64,000 nucleotides of DNA. Origin: an uncultured cyanobacterium (GTDB lineage: Bacteria; Cyanobacteriota; Cyanobacteriia; Cyanobacteriales; CAWUOF01). Under the pieces are notes generated by a model. That model made no database searches, had not been told where the DNA came from, and saw only the letters and a list, made by a program, of their open reading frames with translations. How positions within the stretch are numbered: position 1 is the first letter of the stretch; each line of letters begins with the position of its first letter. The DNA lies in the NCBI GenBank assembly GCA_963744145.1, contig CAVUSO010000001.1, positions 5,888,001 through 5,952,000 of the forward strand. Direction: 5' to 3'. Made by a program: the position numbers and the translations under genes. This document shows positions 52,522 to 61,928 of the stretch, one piece after another.

Positions 52522-52734
52522 ACACCAGCTGTAAAGTAGCATCCATTTAATTAATAGGATGGTGAGAATTATGTCTCTTCATTTCTGATGAAAATATTTA
52601 GGTTTTAGATGCGATCGCAATTTCTGGACAATTAGCCCAATAATGCAATATATTCTCAATAGTCTCAGATTGTTGATAATTGGCATCAAGAAAGACTATC
52701 ATTTTCAATAAAGAGTCTTTTTGAGAAAATGATT

Positions 52735-53253
52735 ATGGCTCTCTATACAGCCGATTCGCTGAAAGCTGAACTGAATTCAAGGGGCTGGCGGATGACCCCC
52801 CAACGGGAAACTATTTTACAGGTTTTCCAAAATCTTCCCAAGGGTAATCATCTGAGTGCGGAGGATCTACATCAGGTCCTAGAACGTCGTGGGGAAGGGA
52901 TCAGCTTGTCTACCATTTACCGGAGTCTCAAGTTGATGGCAAGAATGGGTATTCTGCGAGAATTGGAACTAGCAGAAGGTCATAAACATTATGAACTTAA
53001 TCAACCTTATCCCCATCACCACCATCATTTAGTTTGCATTCAGTGCAATAAAACCGTAGAATTTAATAATGATTCTATTTTAAAAATGGGTCTGAAACAG
53101 GCAGAAAAGAGCGGTTTACAATTGCTTGATTGTCAATTGACCATCCATACTATCTGCCCAGAGGCGATTCGCATGGGCTGGCCCGCTTTATTACCTAATA
53201 ATTGGTCTTGTCCCCGATCGCAGTTTTCTGCCCATGTGGAAAATTGTGACTGA
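52735..53253 (+). CDS. fur: Ferric uptake regulator (cyanobacterial FurA type)
   Basis: YTADSLKAELN.RGWR.TPQR, HLSAE, STIYR, HHHHLVC..C; start 52729 or 52735. Confidence 0.88.
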   Translation: MALYTADSLKAELNSRGWRMTPQRETILQVFQNLPKGNHLSAEDLHQVLERRGEGISLSTIYRSLKLMARMGILRELELAEGHKHYELNQPYPHHHHHLVCIQCNKTVEFNNDSILKMGLKQAEKSGLQLLDCQLTIHTICPEAIRMGWPALLPNNWSCPRSQFSAHVENCD

Positions 53254-53284
53254 TCTCCAAAAAAATTCAGTCAAAAATTCTATT

Positions 53285-53321
53285 TTGACACTCCCCGTAT
53301 CTTTAGACCGGGGAGGATCAA
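53285..53321 (+). mobile_element. Collapsed IS200/IS605-type end scar; may also act as terminator
   Basis: TTGAC followed by CTCCCCG-TATCTTTAGAC-CGGGGAG hairpin and terminal TCAA. Confidence 0.5.
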
Positions 53322-54530
53322 TTAGAAAAATTATAATTACGACCGCGCCATTGTCTAGGTTGTTGCCAAGTTGAAAGTAATATACGCCAGAAAGCTAAAG
53401 GATCAGCTAAAGGAGACAGCCAAAATAACCAAGCACCACTAGCTTGAGATCGATCATAAGCACCAGCGATCGCGAAATTCAAAGCAAAACGAACAATTAC
53501 CAAAAATAAATTCAATCCCCATAAACAGGAAGCAAAAAAACTCGTTCCCGGAAAACCCAACCAAAAACCGAGTAAAATCGGTATTGGTAAACCTTGAAGA
53601 GCGAACAAAAACCCCAGATCACCCCATAATTGGGCTAAATTAGAAGCATCTTTCAGATCAAGCGATCGACCCCATTCCTGCCAAGTTTGCATTGCCCCTT
53701 CATACATTCTGACCTTTAATACCTTGGTTCCATCTAGAAAACCGACCTTAAATCCTAACTTGGCTGCGGCTCTTGCTAGGGTTACATCATCACAAAAAGA
53801 ACTTTTTGCCAAACTATACCCATTTAATTGTTGCAAAACTTGGCGACGAGTAAGAAAACATTGACCATTAGCCATGACTCGTTCTGGTGTTGGGGCTGTA
53901 CTTCCAGTTGGACCAAATCGGTACACCAAAGTCATCAATAATGCTGGTTGTAGCCACATTTCCCCCGGATATTTCAAAATAAATTGGGGAGAAAGTGATA
54001 CCAGATCATAGCCTTCCGACTTAGCTGTAGTAACTAAACTAGCTACTAATCCCGGATCAGGTATAGTATCAGCATCAATACCTAATATCCATTCACTCTG
54101 ATCAGCAGAGTGTAAAAAACCTGTATGTAAAGCCCAAGGAACGTCCTACCCAATCACTTGGTAAGGGGTCATCAGTAATTAAGTGGATACGTGGGTCTTT
54201 AGCACCAGTTGTCTTGACTAATTCCTGTGTTCCATCTTGAGAATTACTATCGACAACTATAATTTCACGTACTTCATAACTTTGACGACTCAAACCAGTT
54301 AAACAAGGTTCAATTCGTTCAGCTTCATTCAAAGTTGGTACAATCACACTCACACTACCCAAGATTTCTACTGTCGGAGATTGAGGTTCTAAAGGAGGAC
54401 GACGACTTGGACCTTCTTTCAGTCTAGATAGCAGAATTGCTGTAGCTGGGACTTGAAGTAGTAGCATTCCTAGACAGACTAAATCTGCTAATAAATTAGA
54501 GTCAAGAGGATAGGGAATCTGTATGGTCAC
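53318..54530 (-). CDS. cruG: Carotenoid 2'-O-glycosyltransferase, frameshifted at about 54140
   Basis: QVPAT.ILLSRL..G..R.PP, VPTLNEA, WVGR/PWAL, ERVMANGQ, SFCDDVTLAR, EWGRSLDLKDA; one extra base splits the ORF. Confidence 0.85.
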
Positions 54531-54710
54531 AATTAGATGTCAAAATTAACGAGCATTTTCATCTTATCAGTTAAAATGAGCGCAAAAAATACTTGATCAT
54601 CTGAGCTGATTTTTATTGATAAATCAATCTAGTTAGCTGTTAAAATAAGTACCAATAACACAAACGTAGCTTTAGATGATTTAAAAAAGATATCCCCAAA
54701 AATGATGGTA

Positions 54711-55697
54711 ACTGAATGGATTTTAAGATTTAGTTGATCTGTTGGTTGCATAGATGGTAAGGGCAAAGCATTTCGGTCATATTATGCTGCGTTTGTGCCA
54801 TGATTTATGCGCCGAAATGCTTTGCCCCTACAAGGAACTGAACTGGATTGGTATTTAATTAGCGATCGCTTGCCGATCAATCGGGTGTAGGGGCGAAGCA
54901 TTCGGGCGACAATTGAACAATCAAACCAGTAATATTAGATCCGAATGCTTCGCCCTTCTTCTGTGCCGAGTTCCCCAAAAATTCTTAACTGAATGGATTT
55001 TAAGGTCTAGTTGATCTGTTGGTTGCAGAGATGGTAAGGGCAAAGCATTTCGGTCATATTATGCTGCGTTTGTGCCATGATTTATGCGCCGAAATGCTTT
55101 GCCCCTACAAGGAACTGAACTGGATTGGTATTTAATTAGTGATCGCTTGCCGATCAATCGGGTGTAGGGGCGAAGCATTCGGGCGACAATTGAACAATCA
55201 AACCAGTAATATTAGATCCGAATGCTTCGCCCTTCTTCTGTGCCGAGTTCCCCAAAAATTCTTAACTGAATGGATTTTAAGGTCTAGTTGATCTGTTGGT
55301 TGCAGAGATGGTAAGGGCAAAGCATTTCGGTCATATTATGCTGCGTTTGTGCCATGATTTATGCGCCGAAATGCTTTGCCCCTACAAGGAACTGAACTGG
55401 ATTGGTATTTAATTAGCGATCGCTTGCCGATCAATCGGGTGTAGGGGCGAAGCATTCGGGCGATAATTTACCGCTTAAACCAGCAATATTAGATCCGAAT
55501 GCTTCGCCCTTCTTCTGTGCCGAGCTCCCCAAAAATTCTTAACTGAATGTATTGTAATATCTAGTTGATCTGTTGGTTGCATAGATGGTGAGGGCAAAGC
55601 ATTTCGGTAATATTATCCTTCGCTTCAGCAATTATTTATTCGCCGAAATGCTTTGCCCCTACGAGGAACTGAACTGGATTGGTATTTAATCAGCGAT
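54711..55697. repeat. Tandem array of a 277-bp unit (about 3.5 copies), two long-loop REP-like hairpins per unit
   Basis: ACTGAATG anchors at 54711, 54988, 55265, 55542. Confidence 0.95.
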
Positions 55698-55745
55698 AAG
55701 CCTACGGCTCGCTGCCACGATAAGCCTACGGCTCGCTTCCGCGAT
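55698..55745. repeat. Two tandem 24-nt units inserted in a HIP1 site (SDR5-like)
   Basis: GCGAT-[AAGCCTACGGCTCGCTGCCACGAT][AAGCCTACGGCTCGCTTCCGCGAT]-CGC. Confidence 0.75.
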
Positions 55746-55941
55746 CGCGCCAGCACATTTTTGTCCCACCACCCTGGCAAAACTTAGATTGAGGGGGGTT
55801 TTCCTAGGGACAATTAGGGTTAAGACATTTAATAAGGTTACTCATAATTTTAAAGACCTGATGTGGTAAGACCAATTAGGTACTTCTATCATATAATCAT
55901 CATATTCAAGGATAGTAAAAGCCGATCGCGTTTCCATACCA

Positions 55942-57192
55942 ATGACTTATTATATTTCTCCACGTTTTCTGGACAAAGTTGCTGTTCATATCACCAAAAA
56001 TTTTCTTGACCTTCCCAATGTGCGCGTACCCTTAATTTTAGGAGTTCATGGACGGAAAGGAGAAGGTAAATCTTTTCAATGTGAACTAATCTTCAAAAGC
56101 ATGGGGATTGAAGTGATCCATATGTCAGCAGGAGAATTAGAAAGTCCAGACGCGGGTGATCCAGCGCGACTAATTCGTCTTCGTTATCGGGAAGCAGCAG
56201 AATTAATTCGGGTACGTGGAACCATGGTCGTACTAATGATTAATGATTTAGATGCTGGAGCTGGACGTTTTGATAGTGGTACTCAATATACTGTTAATAC
56301 TCAGTTGGTAAATGGCACATTAATGAATATTGCCGATCATCCCACTGATGTGCAACTTCCTGGTAGTTATGACTCTACCCCGCTCCATCGTGTTCCTATT
56401 ATTGTCACTGGTAATGATCTTTCTACTCTTTATGCACCATTAATTCGTGATGGTCGGATGGATAAATTTTATTGGGAACCCGATCGCGATGATAAAATTG
56501 GCATTGTGGGCGGAATTTTTGCAACTGATGGACTAACTAGAAATACAATTGAGCAGTTAGTTGATACTTTTGCTAATCAAGCCATTGATTTTTTTGGAGC
56601 TTTGCGATCGCGTCTTTATGATGAACAAGTACGTGAATTTATCCACGAAGTTGGGATTGACAAAATATCCTTGCGTGTGGTAAATAGCACTGAGGCACCG
56701 CCAGAGTTTAAAAAACCAGATTTCCATCTATCTCATTTAGTAGAAGTAGGAAATTTTATGGTTCAAGAACAAAATCGAGTTCAAGATATGCGACTGGTGG
56801 CAGAATATAATACATTACGAAAATTTGAGCATCCCAATCCAGTAAATGCTGCTAGTAATACCCCAACTCGCGATCGCAGCGAATCGATTAGTATCAATCC
56901 TATTCCCCCTAAACCAGAATTAAATTCAGATGTGCTTCAACAAGTACAACAATTGTTGAATGGAGGTTATCGGGTTGGAATAGAATATGTAGACAAGCGA
57001 CGTTTTTCGATGAATTCTTGGAACTGTTATGCAGTGATTACCGCAAAAGAGCAATCTGAAGCGATCGCTACCCTGAAACTCTGTTTGAATGAACATAGTG
57101 ATAAATATGTCCGTTTAGTCGGGATTGAGCCTAGTAATAAAAAACGAGTCATGGAAAAGATAATTCACCGTCCAGATTTAAGCTCAAATTAG
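55942..57192 (+). CDS. rca: Rubisco activase with C-terminal RbcS-like domain
   Basis: PLILG.HG.KG.GKSFQ, LMINDLDAG, QLVNGTLMN, LYAPLIRDGRM; GY..GIEYVDKRRF..NSW SSUL domain. Confidence 0.92.
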   Translation: MTYYISPRFLDKVAVHITKNFLDLPNVRVPLILGVHGRKGEGKSFQCELIFKSMGIEVIHMSAGELESPDAGDPARLIRLRYREAAELIRVRGTMVVLMINDLDAGAGRFDSGTQYTVNTQLVNGTLMNIADHPTDVQLPGSYDSTPLHRVPIIVTGNDLSTLYAPLIRDGRMDKFYWEPDRDDKIGIVGGIFATDGLTRNTIEQLVDTFANQAIDFFGALRSRLYDEQVREFIHEVGIDKISLRVVNSTEAPPEFKKPDFHLSHLVEVGNFMVQEQNRVQDMRLVAEYNTLRKFEHPNPVNAASNTPTRDRSESISINPIPPKPELNSDVLQQVQQLLNGGYRVGIEYVDKRRFSMNSWNCYAVITAKEQSEAIATLKLCLNEHSDKYVRLVGIEPSNKKRVMEKIIHRPDLSSN

Positions 57193-57193
57193 C

Positions 57194-57958
57194 ATGATCA
57201 AAAGTAGCGGGGGGAACTCGATCGCGATGATTCTGCTGGTTCTAAATTTGATCGGTTGTCAGCAGGAATCTCGATCTATTCAGTCATCTCCATCCCTATC
57301 TCCACCCTCACCTTTAGTTAAGACTACACCTTTATCTAAACCTGCTCCTCAAGCTCTAGCAGAAGCTAGTCAGAATCGTCAGCAAGGTTTAAAATATCGA
57401 GACGAGGGGAATTATGAACAAGCGATTGTCTTTTTCCAAAAAGCTGTCAGTCTTGACCCCCAAAATCTTTCCGGTCAAGTGCTATTAGGTTGGACTCTTC
57501 ATCTGGCTCGCAAAGAGGAAAATGCTGCTAAGGTGTTAGAACAAACACTAGCTCAAGATTTATCTTATGTTCCCGCTTTGAACGCTTTGGGTATTGTCTA
57601 CTTAGTCAGTAGTCAATTAGAGTTAGCTATCAAAACTCACACTCGTGCTGTATCTTTACAAACTGACGATGAGGTTGGTTACTATAACTTGAGTTTAGCT
57701 TACCAACGCTTGCAAAAATATGAGCTGGCGATCGTCAATGCGGAACGAGCAACTACTTTAGAACCGGACAATCCCCATCCTTGGGTAGCACTAGCGATCG
57801 CTTATTGGAGTAAATCAGATCCAACTAAAGCAAAACAAGCTTACCAACGGGCTGTTAGTTTAGATTCTCGTTATAGTGATTCCTCATCCGTAGATGATCT
57901 ACAACAAGCTGGATTTAGTCAAACACAAATTGAACTGACTAAAAAGATGTACAACTGA
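57194..57958 (+). CDS. TPR-repeat putative lipoprotein
   Basis: LIGC lipobox-like, Ser/Pro linker, several TPR units. Confidence 0.85.
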   Translation: MIKSSGGNSIAMILLVLNLIGCQQESRSIQSSPSLSPPSPLVKTTPLSKPAPQALAEASQNRQQGLKYRDEGNYEQAIVFFQKAVSLDPQNLSGQVLLGWTLHLARKEENAAKVLEQTLAQDLSYVPALNALGIVYLVSSQLELAIKTHTRAVSLQTDDEVGYYNLSLAYQRLQKYELAIVNAERATTLEPDNPHPWVALAIAYWSKSDPTKAKQAYQRAVSLDSRYSDSSSVDDLQQAGFSQTQIELTKKMYN

Positions 57959-58047
57959 GTAGCATTTAGAAAGCTAATTCTGTTACAAAACTAGTTTCAA
58001 TATTGAAATCTTCAATACCTAACTACCTCCGACTATGATTTATAATC

Positions 58048-58206
58048 CAATCCGATTCAGTTAAGTGTAGGGGTGAAGTATGTTTAGCGACAATCGAGCG
58101 CTCAAACCAGCAATATTAGATCCGAATGCTTCACCCTTCGACTACGCTCAGGGTAAACCCTTCTTCAGCCCAGATCCACAAAAACATCCTTAACTGAACC
58201 TTATTG
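58048..58206. mobile_element. MITE with CAATAC(G)GTTCAGTTAA-type ends carrying a long-loop REP
   Basis: CAATCCGATTCAGTTAAG / CTTAACTGAACCTTATTG; flanks ATTTATAATC and AATTATAATC (9 of 10 identical). Confidence 0.8.
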
Positions 58207-58329
58207 AATTATAATCTGCGATTGTTTAGGTAAGTTTTTTTTGGGTAATAAATTGTCCAGGAAATGTGGTTATGTATTGGTCATTGGGAAGAAAAATATT
58301 GAACCAAGTATTTTGTGATAGGAGTAGTC

Positions 58330-60084
58330 ATGGTTTTAAAAATACCAGCCAGATTCATTAAACCCCTAGTCATTTTCCATCTCATGGTTTTGTTTACAGT
58401 TGGTTGGGGAGTAATGGGTAGTTTAGCCCAAAAACCAACTACTGAAAATGCTAATTCAGTCTGTCTAAATTCACAACGGAAAGGTTCAGAAGACCCCGTG
58501 ATTCAAGGGATAAGTTTTCTGACAAAAGCTGATCAAGAGTGGCAGGATATATTTTCCTCCTTGGTTGGTACAATGCAAGCATATAGTCAGGCGAGTCCTT
58601 GGCCAGAAATCAATCAACGGGCTCGACAAGCAAAAGTCCCTGTCATGATGTATCACGATATTCTTAATGAAAAGCAGGTTTCCTGGGATGTTACACCCAC
58701 AGAATTGGAAGAACATTTTCAATTAATTCAAAAGAATGGCTTAACTCCCATTAGCATGGAGAAATTAATTATCCATTTACAAACAGGATTACCTTTACCA
58801 GAAAAGCCGATCGTTTTGACCTTTGATGATGGTTATGAAGGTCACTATCAGTATGTTTACCCATTGCTCAAAAAATATAATTATCCCGCTATTTTCTCTA
58901 TATATACCAACGGAGTTGGCATAAATAATGGAGACCCTTCTGCTCCTCTTCAGGGTAAAGGTCGTACCCATATTAGTTGGAAACAAATTAAAGAAATGAT
59001 CGCTAATCCGCTTGTGGAGATCGTTTCTCATTCGGTTACCCATCCCTTGGATCTGATTGGGATGACTGATAACCAGCTCAGGATTGAACTGGGTGAATCG
59101 AAGAAAATCCTGGAACAGGAGTTAGGTGTACCGATTAAATATTTTACTTATCCAGTGGGCAAAAATAATGATCATATTCGTCAGCTAGTTGCGGAAGCAG
59201 GTTATAAAGCAGCTTTGACTATGCACGAAGATCCAGCCGAAGAACAGTTAGCTGGTGAATCTGATAATCTGCTAGCGATCGGTCGCTGGGGACAATCTCG
59301 CTTAACCGAAGCGATTACTAAAGCTTGGGGCGGTCCACCTTTGCCGAAAATTGGTAATGGTAGTTTTAACTTTAGGTCTCCCATTCAACTGACTCGTCAA
59401 ACCTTTGACAATATTCCTTTAATTATAGTATCTGGCGGTCGGCCTATGACTATTCATGCCAACAGCCGTTATCAAGTTCAGGAGATTCTAGCTAATAATA
59501 AACCGATCGCTGGGGTAGCTGGGGGCTTTTTCTCCCTAGAATTTCTGGATTCTAACCAAATGATTGGTCCGGTCATGGGTAGCAATACAGGTAAATTTAT
59601 TCCTGGTAATAATGGGGACAATGTGCGTCTCCAAAACCGTCCTTTAGTGCTAATTAGTCCTAAAGAGGTTAAATTTATTCCCTTTGACTACAAAAAACAC
59701 AATACCCTGAGTGGTGTACAAGCAGAGATACCTGATGTGACTGATGCTTTTGTCGCAGCAGCATGGTTAGTCCGGGATGGTCAACCTCAACCGGCTAAAG
59801 CTTTCGGTAATTTGTTTGATTTTGATGCTGAACGTCATCGGACTTTCTGGGGAATAGGTAAAGACGGTCGTCCAATGATTGGGGTATCTACGGAAATGGT
59901 TGATTCTGTTAGATTAGGGAAAATTTTAGAACAGGCTGGCTATCAAGATGCTGTGATGTTAGATTCTGGAGCAAGCACTTCTTTAGCTTATCAGGGAGAG
60001 TCTTTAGTGGGTTATACTCCTCGCCCTGTTCCCCATGTGGTTGGTTTGGCACCACCAGAAACTGATCAATCTTTCTGTATGTAA
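58330..60084 (+). CDS. Polysaccharide deacetylase (NodB/CE4) fused to a phosphodiester-glycosidase-like domain
   Basis: PVMMYHD, LTFDDGY, SHSVTH, FTYPVG; C-terminal AVMLDSGASTSL; start 58315-58330. Confidence 0.85.
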   Translation: MVLKIPARFIKPLVIFHLMVLFTVGWGVMGSLAQKPTTENANSVCLNSQRKGSEDPVIQGISFLTKADQEWQDIFSSLVGTMQAYSQASPWPEINQRARQAKVPVMMYHDILNEKQVSWDVTPTELEEHFQLIQKNGLTPISMEKLIIHLQTGLPLPEKPIVLTFDDGYEGHYQYVYPLLKKYNYPAIFSIYTNGVGINNGDPSAPLQGKGRTHISWKQIKEMIANPLVEIVSHSVTHPLDLIGMTDNQLRIELGESKKILEQELGVPIKYFTYPVGKNNDHIRQLVAEAGYKAALTMHEDPAEEQLAGESDNLLAIGRWGQSRLTEAITKAWGGPPLPKIGNGSFNFRSPIQLTRQTFDNIPLIIVSGGRPMTIHANSRYQVQEILANNKPIAGVAGGFFSLEFLDSNQMIGPVMGSNTGKFIPGNNGDNVRLQNRPLVLISPKEVKFIPFDYKKHNTLSGVQAEIPDVTDAFVAAAWLVRDGQPQPAKAFGNLFDFDAERHRTFWGIGKDGRPMIGVSTEMVDSVRLGKILEQAGYQDAVMLDSGASTSLAYQGESLVGYTPRPVPHVVGLAPPETDQSFCM

Positions 60085-60531
60085 TACCAATTTAATGTGA
60101 AGTTGTATAAAATTGATCCCCCTAAATCCCCCTTAAAAAGGGGGACTTGAAATTCATGCTCCCCCTTTTTAAGGCAATACGGTTCAGTTAACTGTAGGGG
60201 CGAAGCATTCGGGCGATAAGTGATCACTTAAATCCGTTAATTTTAGATCCGAATGCTTCGCCCGGTTCTTCGCCGAGATATCCAAAAAAAAATTCTTAAC
60301 TGAACCGTATTGCTGGTTAAGGGACTTGAAATTCATGCTCCCCCTTTTTAAGGCAATACGGTTTGTTTAAGGGTATTTTGGGAGATATCGGCGGAAGTTG
60401 GGCGAAGCATTCGGGTATAATATTACTCGTTAGAGCGTTCAATTGTCGCCCGAATGCTTCGCCCCTACACTTAACCGAACCGTATTGCTGGTTAAGGGAC
60501 TAATTCTATGCACCCTCATCAAAAATTGGTA
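60085..60531. mobile_element. 447-bp composite MITE (TACCAATT ends) with two nested CAATACGG-type MITEs
   Basis: TAA at 60082-84 and 60532-34; inner elements 60175-60312 and 60354-60487 in opposite orientation; CCCCTAAATCCCCCTTAAAAAGGGGGACT hairpin. Confidence 0.85.
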
Positions 60532-60604
60532 TAAGAGATCGGAATAGGTTGAGTTTCCGTCCTATTGATACAGAATTAATTCCCTATGATGTCCTTTTTC
60601 CTAG

Positions 60605-61660
60605 ATGTCTAACCGTCGTCAGTTTCTCCAAACCTTTGTTGCTACTGCTTTGACTTGTGGAATGACTTCCGGTCTTGAGTCAGCAACAGCACAAGAAACC
60701 AAGCGATCGCCCATCAAACCTGCACGCTTAAAACCAGGCGATCGAATTGGACTGGTTGCTCCTGCTGGTGCTGTATTTATTAAAGAAGATATCCAGATTG
60801 TGCAAGATGCTGTGCGGGCTTTAGGACTTGTCCCTCAACTTGCTCCCCATCTTCTTGATCAATATGGTTATTTGGCAGGTAAAGATCGCGATCGGGCGGC
60901 AGACATTAATCTGTTTTTTGCTAATCCAGACATAGCAGCTATATTACCAATAACTGGTGGTTGGGGTTGTAGTCGCATGATCCCCTATCTGGATTACGAA
61001 CAAATTCGCCACCATCCGAAAATTATTGTTGGTTTTAGTGATTTAACTGCTTTAATCCTGGCAATTAATGCGAAAACTAATCTAGTCACATTTCACGGTC
61101 CCAATGGACTGACCTCCTGGAGAACAGTCCAAACCGACTATTTCCGTCGGGTTTTGTTCGCTGGTGATACCCCGACTTTTCAAAATCTCAAAGATGGGGA
61201 GGATGCAGATCGTTTGATGCAAGTCAAATATCGCATCCAAACCATCAATCCTGGTAAAGCACGCGGTAGACTTATTGGTGGGAATCTTTCGGTATTTTCT
61301 ACTCTGGTCGGTTCTCCCTATCTTCCTGATTTAAACGGTGCGATCCTGTTTTTAGAAGAAGTAAGAGAAAATGTTTACCGGATCGATCGCTGGATGACTC
61401 ATCTCAAACTAGCAGGTGTATTTGACCGACTCGCTGGTTTTATCTTTGGGCAATGTCCAGATTGTGCCCCGGATGCTGATTATGGCTCTCTGACCCTAGA
61501 GCAAGTGGTCTGGGATCATATCCAACCCCTTGGCATTCCCGCCTGGTCTGGTGCTATGATTGGTCATACTGAACCGATTCTGACCCTACCTATTGGTTTA
61601 GATGTAGAAGTAGATGCTAGTGTCGGCACAATTCGGATGCTCGAACCCGCAGTGGTTTAA
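60605..61660 (+). CDS. S66 family LD-carboxypeptidase with Tat signal
   Basis: NRRQFL, GGWG, GFSDLT, HGP, GGNL, LFLEE, IGH. Confidence 0.92.
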   Translation: MSNRRQFLQTFVATALTCGMTSGLESATAQETKRSPIKPARLKPGDRIGLVAPAGAVFIKEDIQIVQDAVRALGLVPQLAPHLLDQYGYLAGKDRDRAADINLFFANPDIAAILPITGGWGCSRMIPYLDYEQIRHHPKIIVGFSDLTALILAINAKTNLVTFHGPNGLTSWRTVQTDYFRRVLFAGDTPTFQNLKDGEDADRLMQVKYRIQTINPGKARGRLIGGNLSVFSTLVGSPYLPDLNGAILFLEEVRENVYRIDRWMTHLKLAGVFDRLAGFIFGQCPDCAPDADYGSLTLEQVVWDHIQPLGIPAWSGAMIGHTEPILTLPIGLDVEVDASVGTIRMLEPAVV

Positions 61661-61720
61661 GAGGATGGCAAAATAATTGTTTTGAATTTATTAATTCATT
61701 GTGTTAAAGAACCAAAGTCA

Positions 61721-61729
61721 TGTTATAGT
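61721..61729 (+). promoter_or_regulatory. Extended -10 box (TG-N-TATAGT) for ffs
   Basis: TGTTATAGT ends 6 nt before the RNA stem. Confidence 0.5.
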
Positions 61730-61735
61730 AAATGT

Positions 61736-61831
61736 TGATCTGGACCCATGCGATCGCAACGCCCAAACCTTGTCAGGACCGGAAGGTAGCAGCAATACGG
61801 GATGCTTGAGATAGGCGTGGTATCCGGGTCA
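61736..61831 (+). ncRNA. ffs: Signal recognition particle small RNA (4.5S)
   Basis: TCAGGACCGGAAGGTAGCAGC core, closing stem TGATCTGGA/TCCGGGTCA, followed by a T-tract. Confidence 0.95.
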
Positions 61832-61928
61832 CTTTTTTTCCGGGGATCAGTGAGTGGAAGTTTAGCTGATTTACCACATATCCTGGAATAATCAAAATAA
61901 TTTACCTGTTGAAGGAGCCTCGGTTGAT

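Noticed and set aside
54711..55697. CRISPR array (conserved repeats with 35-nt intervening sequences)
   Set aside because: The 35-nt parts are hairpin loops between inverted arms and are mostly identical between units; the period is 277 bp and no cas genes are present
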